Part shown: piece by piece, positions 26,983-40,354 of the stretch | Position numbering within the stretch: the stretch's first letter is position 1 | Layout of the letters: each line of letters starts with the position of its first letter | NCBI GenBank assembly: GCA_017499595.2 | Contig: CM039001.1 | Location: forward strand, 1,798,001 to 1,862,000 | Origin: Psilocybe cubensis | Taxonomy: Eukaryota | Direction: 5' to 3' | Length of the DNA stretch: 64,000 nt | Translations under genes and position numbers: made by a program | Notes under the pieces: model-generated | What the model saw: only the letters and a program-made list of their open reading frames with translations | Told to the model about the DNA's origin: nothing | Databases searched by the model: none

Positions 26983-28849
26983 ATGTTCAAGTCTGGTAAC
27001 GGACATCTACCTATCGCATGTGGAATCAAGACGATACGTCGGGTCATTCATCATCAGCCTTCCGCCCTGTTATTTTATCAGAATAGACAACTCGAGCTCT
27101 ATGCAGCGAAGGAGGCGAAAAGGTTGACCTTGCGCCAGCTTGTGCGTAGCAATACATTATAAATTACTCACACAGAAAAAAATATCAATGTGTCTTCAAT
27201 CAGGTCTATTTTGGTCGGCACATGAACGAAGAGCGACTAATAACGGTATGTTCTTATCCAGTATTTTGCTTGCGGCAAATTTCATATCTCATTACAGAGT
27301 GCCAACTATGTCAGGACCGAGCTTCCTATTCGAATTGCCCACAGGTTACGGGATCTCCAGGCTTTACCTTACGTTGTCGTGACTCAGGAAGGTGTAGCCA
27401 AAGTTTACGAGGTCCGTTGTGATTAAATAACCAAGTTTTATCCATGTTAATATAAATTCAGCTGTATTGGTCCGCTTTTGAGAAGTATATCTGTTGCATA
27501 CTTTTGAAGTGGCTTCGTCTAATTTTATTGTTTCAAATAGGCTTCGAAATTACCCCCCAGTCACATCTCTTGAAGAGAATGATCAATTTTGCAAATTTGT
27601 GGGGACTCTTTTAAATGAGCAGTGAGTTTTATGCCGATTCAGCATAAACGATGAAGCTGACAAAACTCAGTGCTCCTGTTATCCCAAATCTTTCACTCGG
27701 ACTTTCACTCGCCTCCCCTCATCTACCACCTGATGAACTTGATTCTTTCATGCGCCGAATGCTTATATCCCGTATTTCACGTCGTGTCTTGGCTGAACAT
27801 CATATAGCCCTCTCTGATACATTCTCCGGTCGCGGCCGCGAAACGAATGGAGAACCTCACGTCGGAATTATTTTCACGGGGCTGAATGTAAAGCGCAGTG
27901 TTGAAAGATGTGCTAGACTCCTTAAAGAAAGTCCACTCTGGTCCATGAGCTCTTCCGGCCCAAGAGATTCTTCTCAACTACCGGAGGTGAAGATTGATGG
28001 ACACTCTTCAACGACATTTGCCTATATTCGTGAACACCTTGAGTATGTTCTACTTCAAAATTACCAAGTCTATGCCTAATCGAATCCTAGATATATTGTC
28101 TTCGAATTGTTGAAAAATGTATGTACATATATATCTATTAATTACCTATAACTCACAATCTTTCAGTCCATGCTGGCAACTTATTCTAAACATCAGAACG
28201 AATCTTCGATTCCGCCTATACACGTTACGATAGCCGCTGGCGAGCATGACGTTGGTATTCGAATAAGTGACCAAGGTACGAATATAACTTTCTGTTTCTA
28301 TCCGGTTTGCAATGAGTTTTTCGTAGGTGGAGGACTTGCATTTCGTGACCAGCTGTCGAAGGCTTCCGACTTGTTTTCCTTTTCACATGTAAGAAACTCA
28401 ACAAGGCTAGAAGACTCTCGGATAGGTGCACTACGTACGGCCAGTGAAAATGGTTTGCGGGCCACTGTCGACGAGCAAGTTGGGAATTGGCATAAGGCAC
28501 ATGCAAAGGACCCTACGGCTTCTGATACGATTTCCCATGAACTTTTACAGCCTCGAATAGGGATAGGTTTGCCTATGAGCAACATATATGCAACGTATGT
28601 GGAACTTCTTCAATGTCATACTTCCATTCATTTCGGCTTAGGTATTTTGGGGGTACCTTGGATCTAGTCTCTTTAGATGGATGGGGTGACTTCACAAGTG
28701 CACAAAGCATACACAACATACTGACATACATTCATTGTCAGGTACCGATGTCTATCTACGGCTGCCTAAACTAGTATGTATATGCTCACCTAGAAATTGC
28801 ATTGTCTGACAAGGGGATAGGGGACAAATTTAGAAGGAATTGAAGTCTG
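26983..28849 (+). CDS. Mitochondrial alpha-ketoacid dehydrogenase kinase (PDK/BCKDK family)
   Basis: YAAKEAKRLTLRQL, SANYVRTELPIRIAHRLRDLQALP, SRISRRVLAEHHIAL, FELLKN, IRISDQG, GIGLPMS, GTDVYLRLP. Confidence 0.9.
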
Positions 28850-29366
28850 ACTTCAATTGGTAACAATTATATTTACACCTTGCTCGTTGTTTTTTATATC
28901 CAAACTGAACGCACTATGTGTGTACTCGATGATCGATGACAGAATAAAGTGTATCGCTGTTCAGCATGTCCAGTATAGTTTGTGTAAGGTCAATACTGGT
29001 CAATAGCAAGCTGAGTAAACAACTGCCGAACAAAAGACAAATTTAAACCCACATTCATCGGAGTGTTAGCAATCACGGATCCAATTGGTGTAGACTAGTC
29101 AGTCCAAGCGAAATCGATAGTTTGCAGATGCCTCGATTTATCTGGAGAATGAGTATACCAAATTCACAGAGGAAGTGACTGAATAGTGATTTTGTTTGTT
29201 GGTAGTTGTAAAAAGAGCTGGCATGAGCAGTGTCGGTGGGGCGGTGACCTTGAGAAGGCACTGTCAATCTTGCCATTTCCGGATTTGACGTACATGGCCG
29301 CAAAGGATGGAATTCCGAGAATGTATTCATCTCTTTTCTTACCACTGACTTGCCTGCCTGAAAGGC

Positions 29367-30616
29367 ATGGATTCTGACTATGTCCCCCCACCTCCAGCCT
29401 ATTCCGAACAAGAGTTCGATCGGAAAATTTCACAAGCAACAACCTTATCTCTAGCCACGCCAGTTCCCAACGTCGACGCAGATGGATGGCAGCGATACGA
29501 TCCTTATGTGTTCCAAAACACCCCGACGTTGACTTCAGGTGCAACAACTTCGAATACTCTGAATGGTTCAGCTTCATTTTCGCCTTCCAGAAACACTGTC
29601 TCTCTATTTAACGACAAATCGAGCTCCCAAAGTGACCAATCTTCTGTCCGGTGTCTTCCTTCTGTTGTGCCGTTACGCATTGAGAAGAAAACACAGTCAC
29701 AATACAGCTCAAATGTTAATAGAACCTTCTTAGATTCTTCGCCCCATTCCTGTCATCCTCCCAGCAAGTCGATTGCTTCTTCTACCAGCAAAGATCCTTT
29801 CCCTCCCAATGTGCTTTGTGAGGAAATACCTGCCCAGAAATTTACCAATGTACCTGCCCACCCAACACATTCATCATCATATGAGCGAACCTCTTATACG
29901 TCATCTGTCGTTTGTGGCCACCCGCAGGCACATTCCGTGAACGACGAGGATGCCTTTGATCCTTATCGCGAATTTCAGATTCCCCAACCACACCCACCTG
30001 CACGGCAATCCTTACCCTCCATACCAAGACCACATAGCGCAGTTCCTCACCCATCTAGTCACACACGGAGTCGTTCAGAAGCAGTTAATTCACCCTCTAC
30101 CCCACGTGTGCAATTTGATCCTTTGGTTGCGTATGGAAAGGCCAATTTGACACCAATAACAGCTATACAAGCAATACACAGCAGCTTACCATCTCCAATC
30201 AGATCAGATGTACAGTATGATGCTTATTCATTCTACAAGTAAGTAGCAACCATCGTTATCCTGACGTCTGCTGACCCCTTCTTAGCTCTTCTGTTTCCTC
30301 GAAAATGGCTCCAATACGTCCTTCTCAGGCAGATATACAGTACCATGAGTAGGTCTTAAATTATAACGGCCCAGATATTCTAAGCAAGCATCTTCATTTA
30401 CAGATCATCATATGAACAAGCAAATCGCCAAGTACCAAATGCTCATCAGTTTCACCAATCTCAACCACCTTCCTGGCAATCACCATCAAGGCCTACTTCC
30501 CGCTATCACAATGTACCCAGTACACCTCGTTCTGTTGCTTCTTCAAACTCGATTCGGTTTTCTCAGTACTCGACTGGCTCCTCGCGCGACAGTGTCCTCA
30601 GCACTCAAAGTGACCC
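29367..30616 (+). CDS. Hypothetical Pro/Ser-rich protein
   Basis: 291-aa first exon (PPPAYSEQEFDRKIS...FYK) followed by GT-AG introns; 3' end approximate. Confidence 0.55.
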
Positions 30617-31045
30617 ATACCACCTTCAGTGATCTGGTTCATACATTTCTCATTTTCTACTTCTCAGTACCCACTACCCAGGCCTCGTTTCCTTCCATGA
30701 AGAAAGGATAAACTGTATCTAATACATGTAACATTGAATTGTACCATTACCGATTTACTATGCTTTATGCCTGCGATGTATCGAATAATATTGTATATGT
30801 ATCAATCTCTGTGTGCAAGATCAAATAAATAACCTGGCAATAGTCCTCATCTGTGACTCAGGAGAGCCTTTTGGGGATGCCTCCAAATGGGATGGGACGC
30901 ATGTGCTTTGATCCCGATCACGAACACCGTTTGGATTGTCACCTTGGGGCACCTGGTGCAAATCCTTGATCCATTCTTACTCTGCGACCATTACCATATG
31001 ATCAAACCATAGACTAACAAATTATAACTGCAGTATTAAACCATT

Positions 31046-33032
<1,987 letters not shown>

Positions 33033-33162
33033 GCTTGGTCTGGAGAATTAAGTTGATTGGAAGAAGGGATGTGGATGACAGGTTATAAATTTCCTCCTGG
33101 TGTGGACTTCGTATACCTTGGACAGTAGACCATGTACATTCGGCCAGGCGTAGCAGTCACAT

Positions 33163-34122
33163 TGATATATCACATAGCTATGGCTACAAGTCATTCGTGA
33201 TATATTAACACTTCTAGCTACAAATCCGGGCTATGTGATATATCATATATTTTACACGGCTCTCCCAGCACTTTGGTGATATATCATCCTTTCCTTCATC
33301 CGGCATTATCGGCATCCCCCATCCTTTCCTGCAGGTTATTTGGCCTGATCGCGCCATTTGTTTCATTGGCTTGGCTCCCCCGCCATCAGTTCCATAATAG
33401 GTGCTTGCCGACAGCAGCGCGCGCCCCAGGCCCGCCCCGTGTATGATATATCACTTTCTGTTCATACCAGTGCAGATACACAATCCTGCTTCAATAAAAT
33501 TAGAAATGAGTCATTCAAATCAGCTATCTTTATTGTTACTGCTCGTGGTTAATCTGGTGAATTGCTCTAGGTGCAATCTACGCGGGTACGTAGTCTCTCG
33601 TAGACAGACCTGAACTTTGGAAAGGCCATGCTTACGAGTTAATCACGTGGTCAGACGCGTTTGCTCGCGTTTGTTGTTTGGTTTACACCAAGTTACACTT
33701 GTCTTCTGACATTGTAGTGCTATGCTACCAATAACCAACCCAGAACAATTAGTAAGTTATTTTTTGTGAGCGTTTTTCAATTCCTCTTACTGTCTAATAC
33801 ATATAGAGAATCAGCTTTCTATAGTCTGAGGTCTTTACATAAGTAAGCAGGTAAGTACTCGACTACTGTTTTTACACTCTTTCTATTCACTCAAAGTCGA
33901 CTCAAAGCGTACCATGGAGACGCGTCTCCAGATTCAGTCCCGCCACAGTACTGGCCATTTTTGGCCTGCTTACCACCAACCGGGTACGTTGATGATGTAT
34001 CACTCAACGTTGCGCGCTTCTGATATATCACTTCCTTATGATATATCACCGTTCCGGATGATATATCACTCATCTCACAACTCTATAACCCACGAATCAT
34101 ATGTATTAAAGGTGATATATCA
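33163..34122. repeat. Left subterminal array of TGATATATCA palindromes
   Basis: Copies at ~33163, 33198 (variant), 33236, 33277, 33444, 34021, 34039, 34059, 34113. Confidence 0.85.
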
Positions 34123-34187
34123 TTTACTCTGCTTGGTTGTACTGACATTCCTTTTTAACATCTATTTTACAAGGCATCGCGCACTAT

Positions 34188-36460
34188 TCAGCGGCGCTGT
34201 TTCTTAACCTGTCTAACGGGTGCGCTACCATCAGCTAGAACTACTGCCTTTCTGGCACGCTTTGAAGTGGTTTCACACTCAGGTCCGGTTGTAGGTGTAG
34301 GAAGAGGCGCAGACGCAGGCGGAGGTGGAAAAACTGTCAGAGGGTATTGACCGCTGTGATTGGCAAGTGCTTTACTACGTTTCTTTCTCTTTTGCTCATT
34401 CTCTCGAACCTGGCGTGCCCATGCAGAAGGAACAGCTATGATGACTGGGGTCTCTGCATGATCATGAGTAGTGGAGGTGCAATCATGAGCGGTCGAGGTG
34501 GCGTCTTGCTGTAAGCTTTCTTCCACAGGATTTTGTGATTCCTTGCCTGTATTGCTCACTGACGCCGACTTTTTTGATATACGGCTACCTTTCCCCTTTG
34601 TTTGTTGCTTTTTTTTAGCCTTGGTTGTAGCTGCCGGCCTTGTCCTATCAACAGGAGCCTTCAACGGATTCGGTGCAGGACAAGAAAATGGAATATGGAT
34701 TGCCATTGACTCAGCATGCTGGGGTATCGATGTTGGAACTGGGGCCGTCGACGTTGGAACTGGGGCCGCCAACATTGGAACTGGGGCCGCCAACGTTGGA
34801 ACTGGGGCCGCCAATGTTGGAACTGGGGCCATTGAGGTTGGAATTAGAGCCGTCGATGTTGGAAATGTGGCCGTCGACGTTGGAACTGGGGCTGTTGACA
34901 TTGGAACTGGGGCCGCCAACGTTGGAACTGGGGCCATTGACGTTGGAACTGGGGCTGTCACAGTGGGTTGTTCGATAGCAGGTTGTTCGGCAGTGTGAGT
35001 TGCCATTGGCTCAGCACGATGGGGTATTGATGTTGGGGCAATAGCAGGTGTACGCAGCACAGGATGGATGGGCATTGGCGGAGCTGGGACAGTATTCGAT
35101 TCAACAGCAACAGGTGGTACATTGTTACCACGCAGAACCGGGTCAATGACACTGTCCGATATTACTGAAGGATTGTTCAGGGGCGCATTCAACATAGGAG
35201 GCTCCGGTGCTGGAGAAATCCGATACAAATCGGGGACGCTATTGGGACCAGAAAGCCCTGTTTCAATGCCATCGGAAATGGGATCGCTGGTTATGGCCTG
35301 CTCGTTAGGATATAATGACACTGCCGCTCGATCTTGTGGTGCTATATCATTTCGAAAATCAGTAAGTTATGCAGTCACTTGGGTTAAATTTGTTACTAAC
35401 AGTACTTAGTGTGCAGCCAGCGTCCAAACAGAGGCACAATATTATCGTGCCATTCAGAGTAAGCCTCTTGAAATGTGTGTCCAGCTTCATTTTTGCCTAT
35501 ACAAATGCTGTATTGACTCAGTCAGAAAATTCTGGTTCACGTTTCAGACACAACATTACACTTACGTAGCAACTGCACATTTTCCTCCCTCAATTGGACG
35601 AGGTCCTCCCACCATAAAGACACCCGACCATCCTGTAAGTTCATAAAGATCCTGCCCAACCTCCATCAAGACCGTCTTTATCTGATCGATTGCTCTAAAA
35701 GATATTGTATATTAGTGCAAAGATATAAAAATGAGGTAATCACATACTCTTGTAGTTGCGCGGGTGTCTGCGACTTGTAGGAGAGGGTTTTATGTTCCAA
35801 TGTACGCTGGTTCATTTCCTCTTCCTCTTCCTCTAATGCGCGTTCTATCTCTTGCTGAACCTCTTCCGTTTCATTGGCCCATGCCTCTCGTCGAACTTCT
35901 CGGCGAATTTTAAGATTGAGAGCACGTACATTATCAGGGCTAATGGTGTCGTCTTTCTCTATTGCCAACCGTTCCCTCACCAGGTTTGTTACTTTTTCTC
36001 CATAAATAATGTCATACATTTCCTCTGCATGGTGACGACGATGCTTCTTGGAACTTTTGCTGAACTTCTCCCGCACAGTCCCTTTCAAAACTGGCTTGGC
36101 CGTAACCTTGGACTTTGAGGACTCATTTCGAAACCAGTTGATAATATACTAGAAGACAGATAATGGTAAGTTTGCTATTTCGCAATTTTGTTGCCAAACT
36201 GCACATACTGATTTTCTCTTTTTGATAGCCTCACCAAGTTGTTCATCATATGCCAGATTGTCTAGGTTCTTGGTACCGGCATCGACACTCAATTTCTCTG
36301 CTAAGAGACTGTCGCTTTCCGGAAACTTGATAAAGTAAGCCCCATGAACTTTGGTCCAGAACTCGCTAAACTGTTTATTGGTTGTGCATTGGAGGTATTC
36401 GGGCATCCATGACATTAAAAAAGTGAATTGCTCTTCAGATGTCTTTCGACGAGGTGCCAT
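34188..36460 (-). CDS. KDZ cargo protein with a WFRN-containing N-terminus and a Pro/Thr/Ala repeat C-terminus
   Basis: Exons MAPRRKTSEEQFTFL...YFIKFP...KKRKS/YIINWFRNE...; TGWSGVFMVGGPRP; long last exon 34188-35321. Confidence 0.65.
34725..34960. repeat. 21-bp coding minisatellite (APVPTxx heptad), about 11 copies
   Basis: Repeated GTTGGAACTGGGGCCG(C/T)C(A/G)AC-like units. Confidence 0.9.
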
Positions 36461-36829
36461 TATGGATTTGGATAATAGAAAACAGGGATATGTTATGAGG
36501 TACAACCTTTACACTTTTTTATGTCTGAGTAACGGAACACTACTTTCAGATGGATCTCGATCTTTTGTGGAGCCCTTTGCTGGGTATCTGTGCATGTTGT
36601 AGGCCAGATCTTTTTCTGACATGCAGATCTTCACTTGAACATGCTACTTGGAAGGCACGCCCCAACACTTAAGGATAGAGTCCGGTGATTTAATTTTAAG
36701 TATGAATGCGCCACTTTTTGGTACGTCCAGATAGCCATTCCAGGCCATTCCTGCATAAAAGCTTTGACGTTGGAAATGCACAACAACGTCCTTTGTTCAA
36801 ACTCCCCCCATTAATTACCCTCAAGAACT

Positions 36830-37466
36830 ATGACTAGCTTTGGTACCAACGTCGACCATGCACTTTTAGCTGCCCTAATTGCTTCTATTGATCGCTTATC
36901 CCTTGCGATTGGAAGTAAGCTTTTCATACGCCTGTAGTGGGATTAACGTGATTGACACTGACCTGGTTTCCCTCGTTGTAGATCATACAGCTCTACGCAC
37001 TGTTGTTGATCCTGCTGTTGTTTCTGAATCTGCTGTCCCTTCCGACAAGGAGCAGAATATTCATTTGCCCGATATTCTAGCTATGGCACTACCCGACGTC
37101 TTGTCAAACGTGAGCCTTACTGTTCTTTGCCTGTTTTTGCTATCTTACAAATATTCCGTTCTTCTAGAATACGGGACGCCATCCTGACGTCGTCAAAGCT
37201 GACTTGGCCAAATTCACTGGACCTGTTGATGGACCTTGGTATGCAGTTACTTGTGGCAGAGTACCCGGTATCTACCAACACAGGTGCGCTTGTTGCTAAT
37301 TTTCTGCACGCCCTTTTTTTAATTATATTTTACCAGTGTGGAAGCCAATTACCATACTGACGGAGTTCCTGGCAGTGCGAAGAAAAAGTATGACTCTCAG
37401 GCTCAGGCATTAGAGGCATACAGGTGTGCATATGCCTTAGGTGCAGTCCGCCGTCGTGATATGTAG
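36830..37466 (+). CDS. Small cargo protein with RNase H1 N-terminal (Cauli_VI-like, hybrid-binding) domain and no catalytic domain
   Basis: Spliced C-terminus GPWYAVTCGRVPGIYQH...VEANYHTDGVPGSAKKKYDSQAQALEAY matches the wYaV..Gr.pGiy...G....kkf....eA pattern. Confidence 0.75.
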
Positions 37467-37566
37467 CTGCCTATTACTTGTCGTACAATATGCAAATTAG
37501 ATACAGAAGTGCACGGACTTGTCTCAATATAATTTGCATTGCAAAATATTCCAACTCATATTAATT

Positions 37567-38377
37567 TTACCAATATCTACGATCGCGTTTAATCCTGAGT
37601 AGACGAGCCTCAGCCTGAGAGCGCTCAAAAATTTCGTCCCGTCTAGCCTTGCACTGATCACAATGACAACACTCCCATTCTCCAGTACAGCCGTCACTGT
37701 CTTCATCCTCACTGGCATCTTCGTGTTCACTGTCAGAGATTATGGGGAAAATCTGTGACTCTTCGGCATGCTTCCTTTGACGCTGACTAGAATCAAAGTC
37801 AGTGGATGCATATCATGTACCACGGTGATTCTAACCGTAACTGAGCCAAGGTCAATCCGTCATACAGTCTTGGAGGAGAGGATTGTCGACGAACAGAAGA
37901 CCCTTGTTGACGGGGACTAGAAGATATTTGTTGATGGTGTGAAACTTCTACACTTATATCAATCAAAGCGGTAAATTTTTGAAAATAATAAAATGTATTC
38001 ACCTTCAGATGTAGAACTCTTTCTAGCAGTCAATGGTGTCCTTGTTGCAGGCGTGCTTGTTGCAGAGGAGCTTGCGGTGGTTTGAATATTAGACACAGAG
38101 TTTTGGGTGGGCAGATGCTTGCCGCTTTTTCTATTAAAAACAAAGTTAAATATTCCTTTATGAGTAGAAAAGTAAAAATACCGTGCAGCACGCAATTTCT
38201 GCATTCGAAGCCTGGCACTCTCTTGAAGCGCAGAACGGTTTCTGCATAACAAGGTTTGGTGGAAAGTAGACGGTAAGTGGCCATGCATCGCTACTGATAT
38301 TATGATACTGACTTTGCATAATATTTGCTGCTTGCCACTCTGTGGGATTCTTTCTTTTCTTCCGGTGATTGAACCAT
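37567..38377 (-). CDS. Small cargo protein: basic helix N-terminus, acidic tract, Cys cluster
   Basis: MVQSPEEKKESHRVASSKYYAK/NRSALQESARLRMQKLRAAR/...EDASEDEDSDGCTGEWECCHCDQCKARR...YW*. Confidence 0.55.
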
Positions 38378-38457
38378 GAGAGTAGGAATTAAGAACCTGG
38401 ACATAACTATGAATGTGGAGTTGAAACCACGGACCGGACAATATGATCGCCGATATT

Positions 38458-38928
38458 CATTATTCTGTTCGCGATCATTATTCTGTTCGCGATATGTTCG
38501 CGATTTGTTTGTGATATTCAATTTTTAAGTTGCAAATACACGAGAAGTAATGCTTATTTCAGCTGTAAAAGTACCTACCAAGCATGTCAAAAGCCCATAG
38601 TTCTGATTTTTATATTAATTTGAGTGGCATCGTCAGCTGAACTATAGATTTGAGGGAGCGACACCGATTGCCATTAAACATAACGTACTTCTTATGCACC
38701 ACTGTGTCCATGTCCCAATGTTCTCACTGTTGCATCCCACTTAAGGTCTGGATACCCCGAGTAATGTAGTTCTAAATGAAGGTATTGCAATGTAGATTTG
38801 TTAGTCAAGCTTCAAATTCCGTAAACCATTGAGATATGGCATGAAACTTGGGAACAAACATCAGAAATCGCGAACATATCGCGAACAAATCACTATCGCG
38901 AACTAATAATACTCACGAACTAATAATG
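38458..38928. repeat. Pair of inverted ATCGCGAAC arrays around a ~330-bp spacer
   Basis: 38458-38520 (TGTTCGCGAT x3) is the reverse complement of ~38853-38928, sharing AAATCGCGAACATATCGCGAACA. Confidence 0.75.
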
Positions 38929-39259
38929 CAATGCAACCTCTGTAAACTGTCCAATTCTCAATCTCAACACGCCAATCACACCTTGCATAGCCCAGAGTAC
39001 ACTAACAAGTAATTGACACAAAAAAAAATCTGTATTTGGCGTACTAGTACTTATAATATGTAACAAACATATAATGTACTAGAAACACGCGTACTAGACC
39101 CTTGCAATATATAAAGGGCACACGCACCTTGCTAGCAGAGCATGCGGTTAACCTGCATGAACACAGGCAGAGACTGAATAGCGGATGGTAAGTTGAAGAT
39201 ATTAAAGTATCTGGAGCACACAATTAGCTACGGTGCAGTAGAAAAACTAAAGCATCAAC

Positions 39260-39790
39260 TTACTCGAGTCCCCATCATTCCAGCTCCTGACGAACAATCG
39301 GCTCGACACACTCTTTCTCATGGAAGGTGTTACACAGCTTGGAGCCATACGAGAGCAGGCCCGAGTCCCAGAACGTTGTCTGCCACTGCACAGGTGGCGT
39401 CGTGGGGTGTGCAATGCGTACTGGTGCACCGCCGTCAACTACAAAGGACGCCTGGCTCAGCTGCCCGTTGCCCGTCAGGATTGTGCATATAAATGCAATG
39501 CGCGTGCCTGTGCGGAGGAAGATAGTATTAGTATGTGGTTGAGTTTCGGTGGTGGACTCTTGTGTAGTGTAGGGAAAAGCGCACCTGTGAACCGCATGCG
39601 CGCGCTGGAGTCGATAGTCAACGTTGAGTGCATAGTTCCGTGCCATGGCACCCTTTACACCAAGGCCAGCCTCCTTCGAACTTGCTGTTCAATCCGAGCA
39701 GCCTGTGGTGAGCAAAGAGAGCAACCCATGCGTCAGCAAATGCATTACACATTCGGTACGCTCTAACGAATCTACTCACTTCTGCATGCC
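39260..39790 (-). pseudogene. Captured fragment of a beta-sandwich (carbohydrate-binding-like) protein gene with introns
   Basis: Spliced PWHGTMHSTLTIDSSARMRFT/GTRIAFICTILTGNGQLSQASFVVDGG...FWDSGLLSYGS, then loss of similarity; GTGAGT and GTGCGC...CAG introns retained. Confidence 0.55.
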
Positions 39791-40354
39791 AAAACCTCAC
39801 CCTCCTACTCTGCATTGTCATTAGTGGCACACCAAACGACTCGGATGGGGAGGGAGGGCATGAGTCAGTCAGTCATTCAAACAGCATACACCGCACCCTG
39901 TTGCTTACCATTCTTTTTCCCATCCTACTAGCTTCGTGAAACCCCCCGCTATCATCAGCAAAAGTGACCAGACGCCCAAATGCCTTTGAGGCCTTATAGG
40001 GCAGGTCAATCCTTGATGTGACGTAATTATGTTGCGCAAACATTTGAATAATATTTGGTGGTGTCGAAAACATTTGGAGGGCATTCAAATGCTCCACAAA
40101 CATTTGACATCCCAAAAATGCAGTATAAATTATTTCAGGTTCTTGCAGTGAACACCCAATCATTGGTTTACCATAGAACTTTCAGAGAATGCTTGAGAAA
40201 AATTAAAATGGAGAACAAAACATTGATTTTAAATTGACGTCCACAGCAATGATTGAAGGTCTTTCAAATGCACGCAAAACAAATGAATGGATTCAAATGC
40301 ACTCAAAATGATTTATGCATCAGAAAACCTATTCAACGTACAGATAAGGTAAGG

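Noticed and set aside
34498-35409. Plus-strand ORFs over the minisatellite
   Set aside because: Shadow frames of the repeat-rich minus-strand exon.
39030-39165. Helitron 3' end (CTAG plus hairpin) explaining the captured fragments
   Set aside because: Several CTAG sites and weak hairpins exist but lie outside the TSD- and intron-supported boundary at 39214-39219, and no matching 5' end was found.
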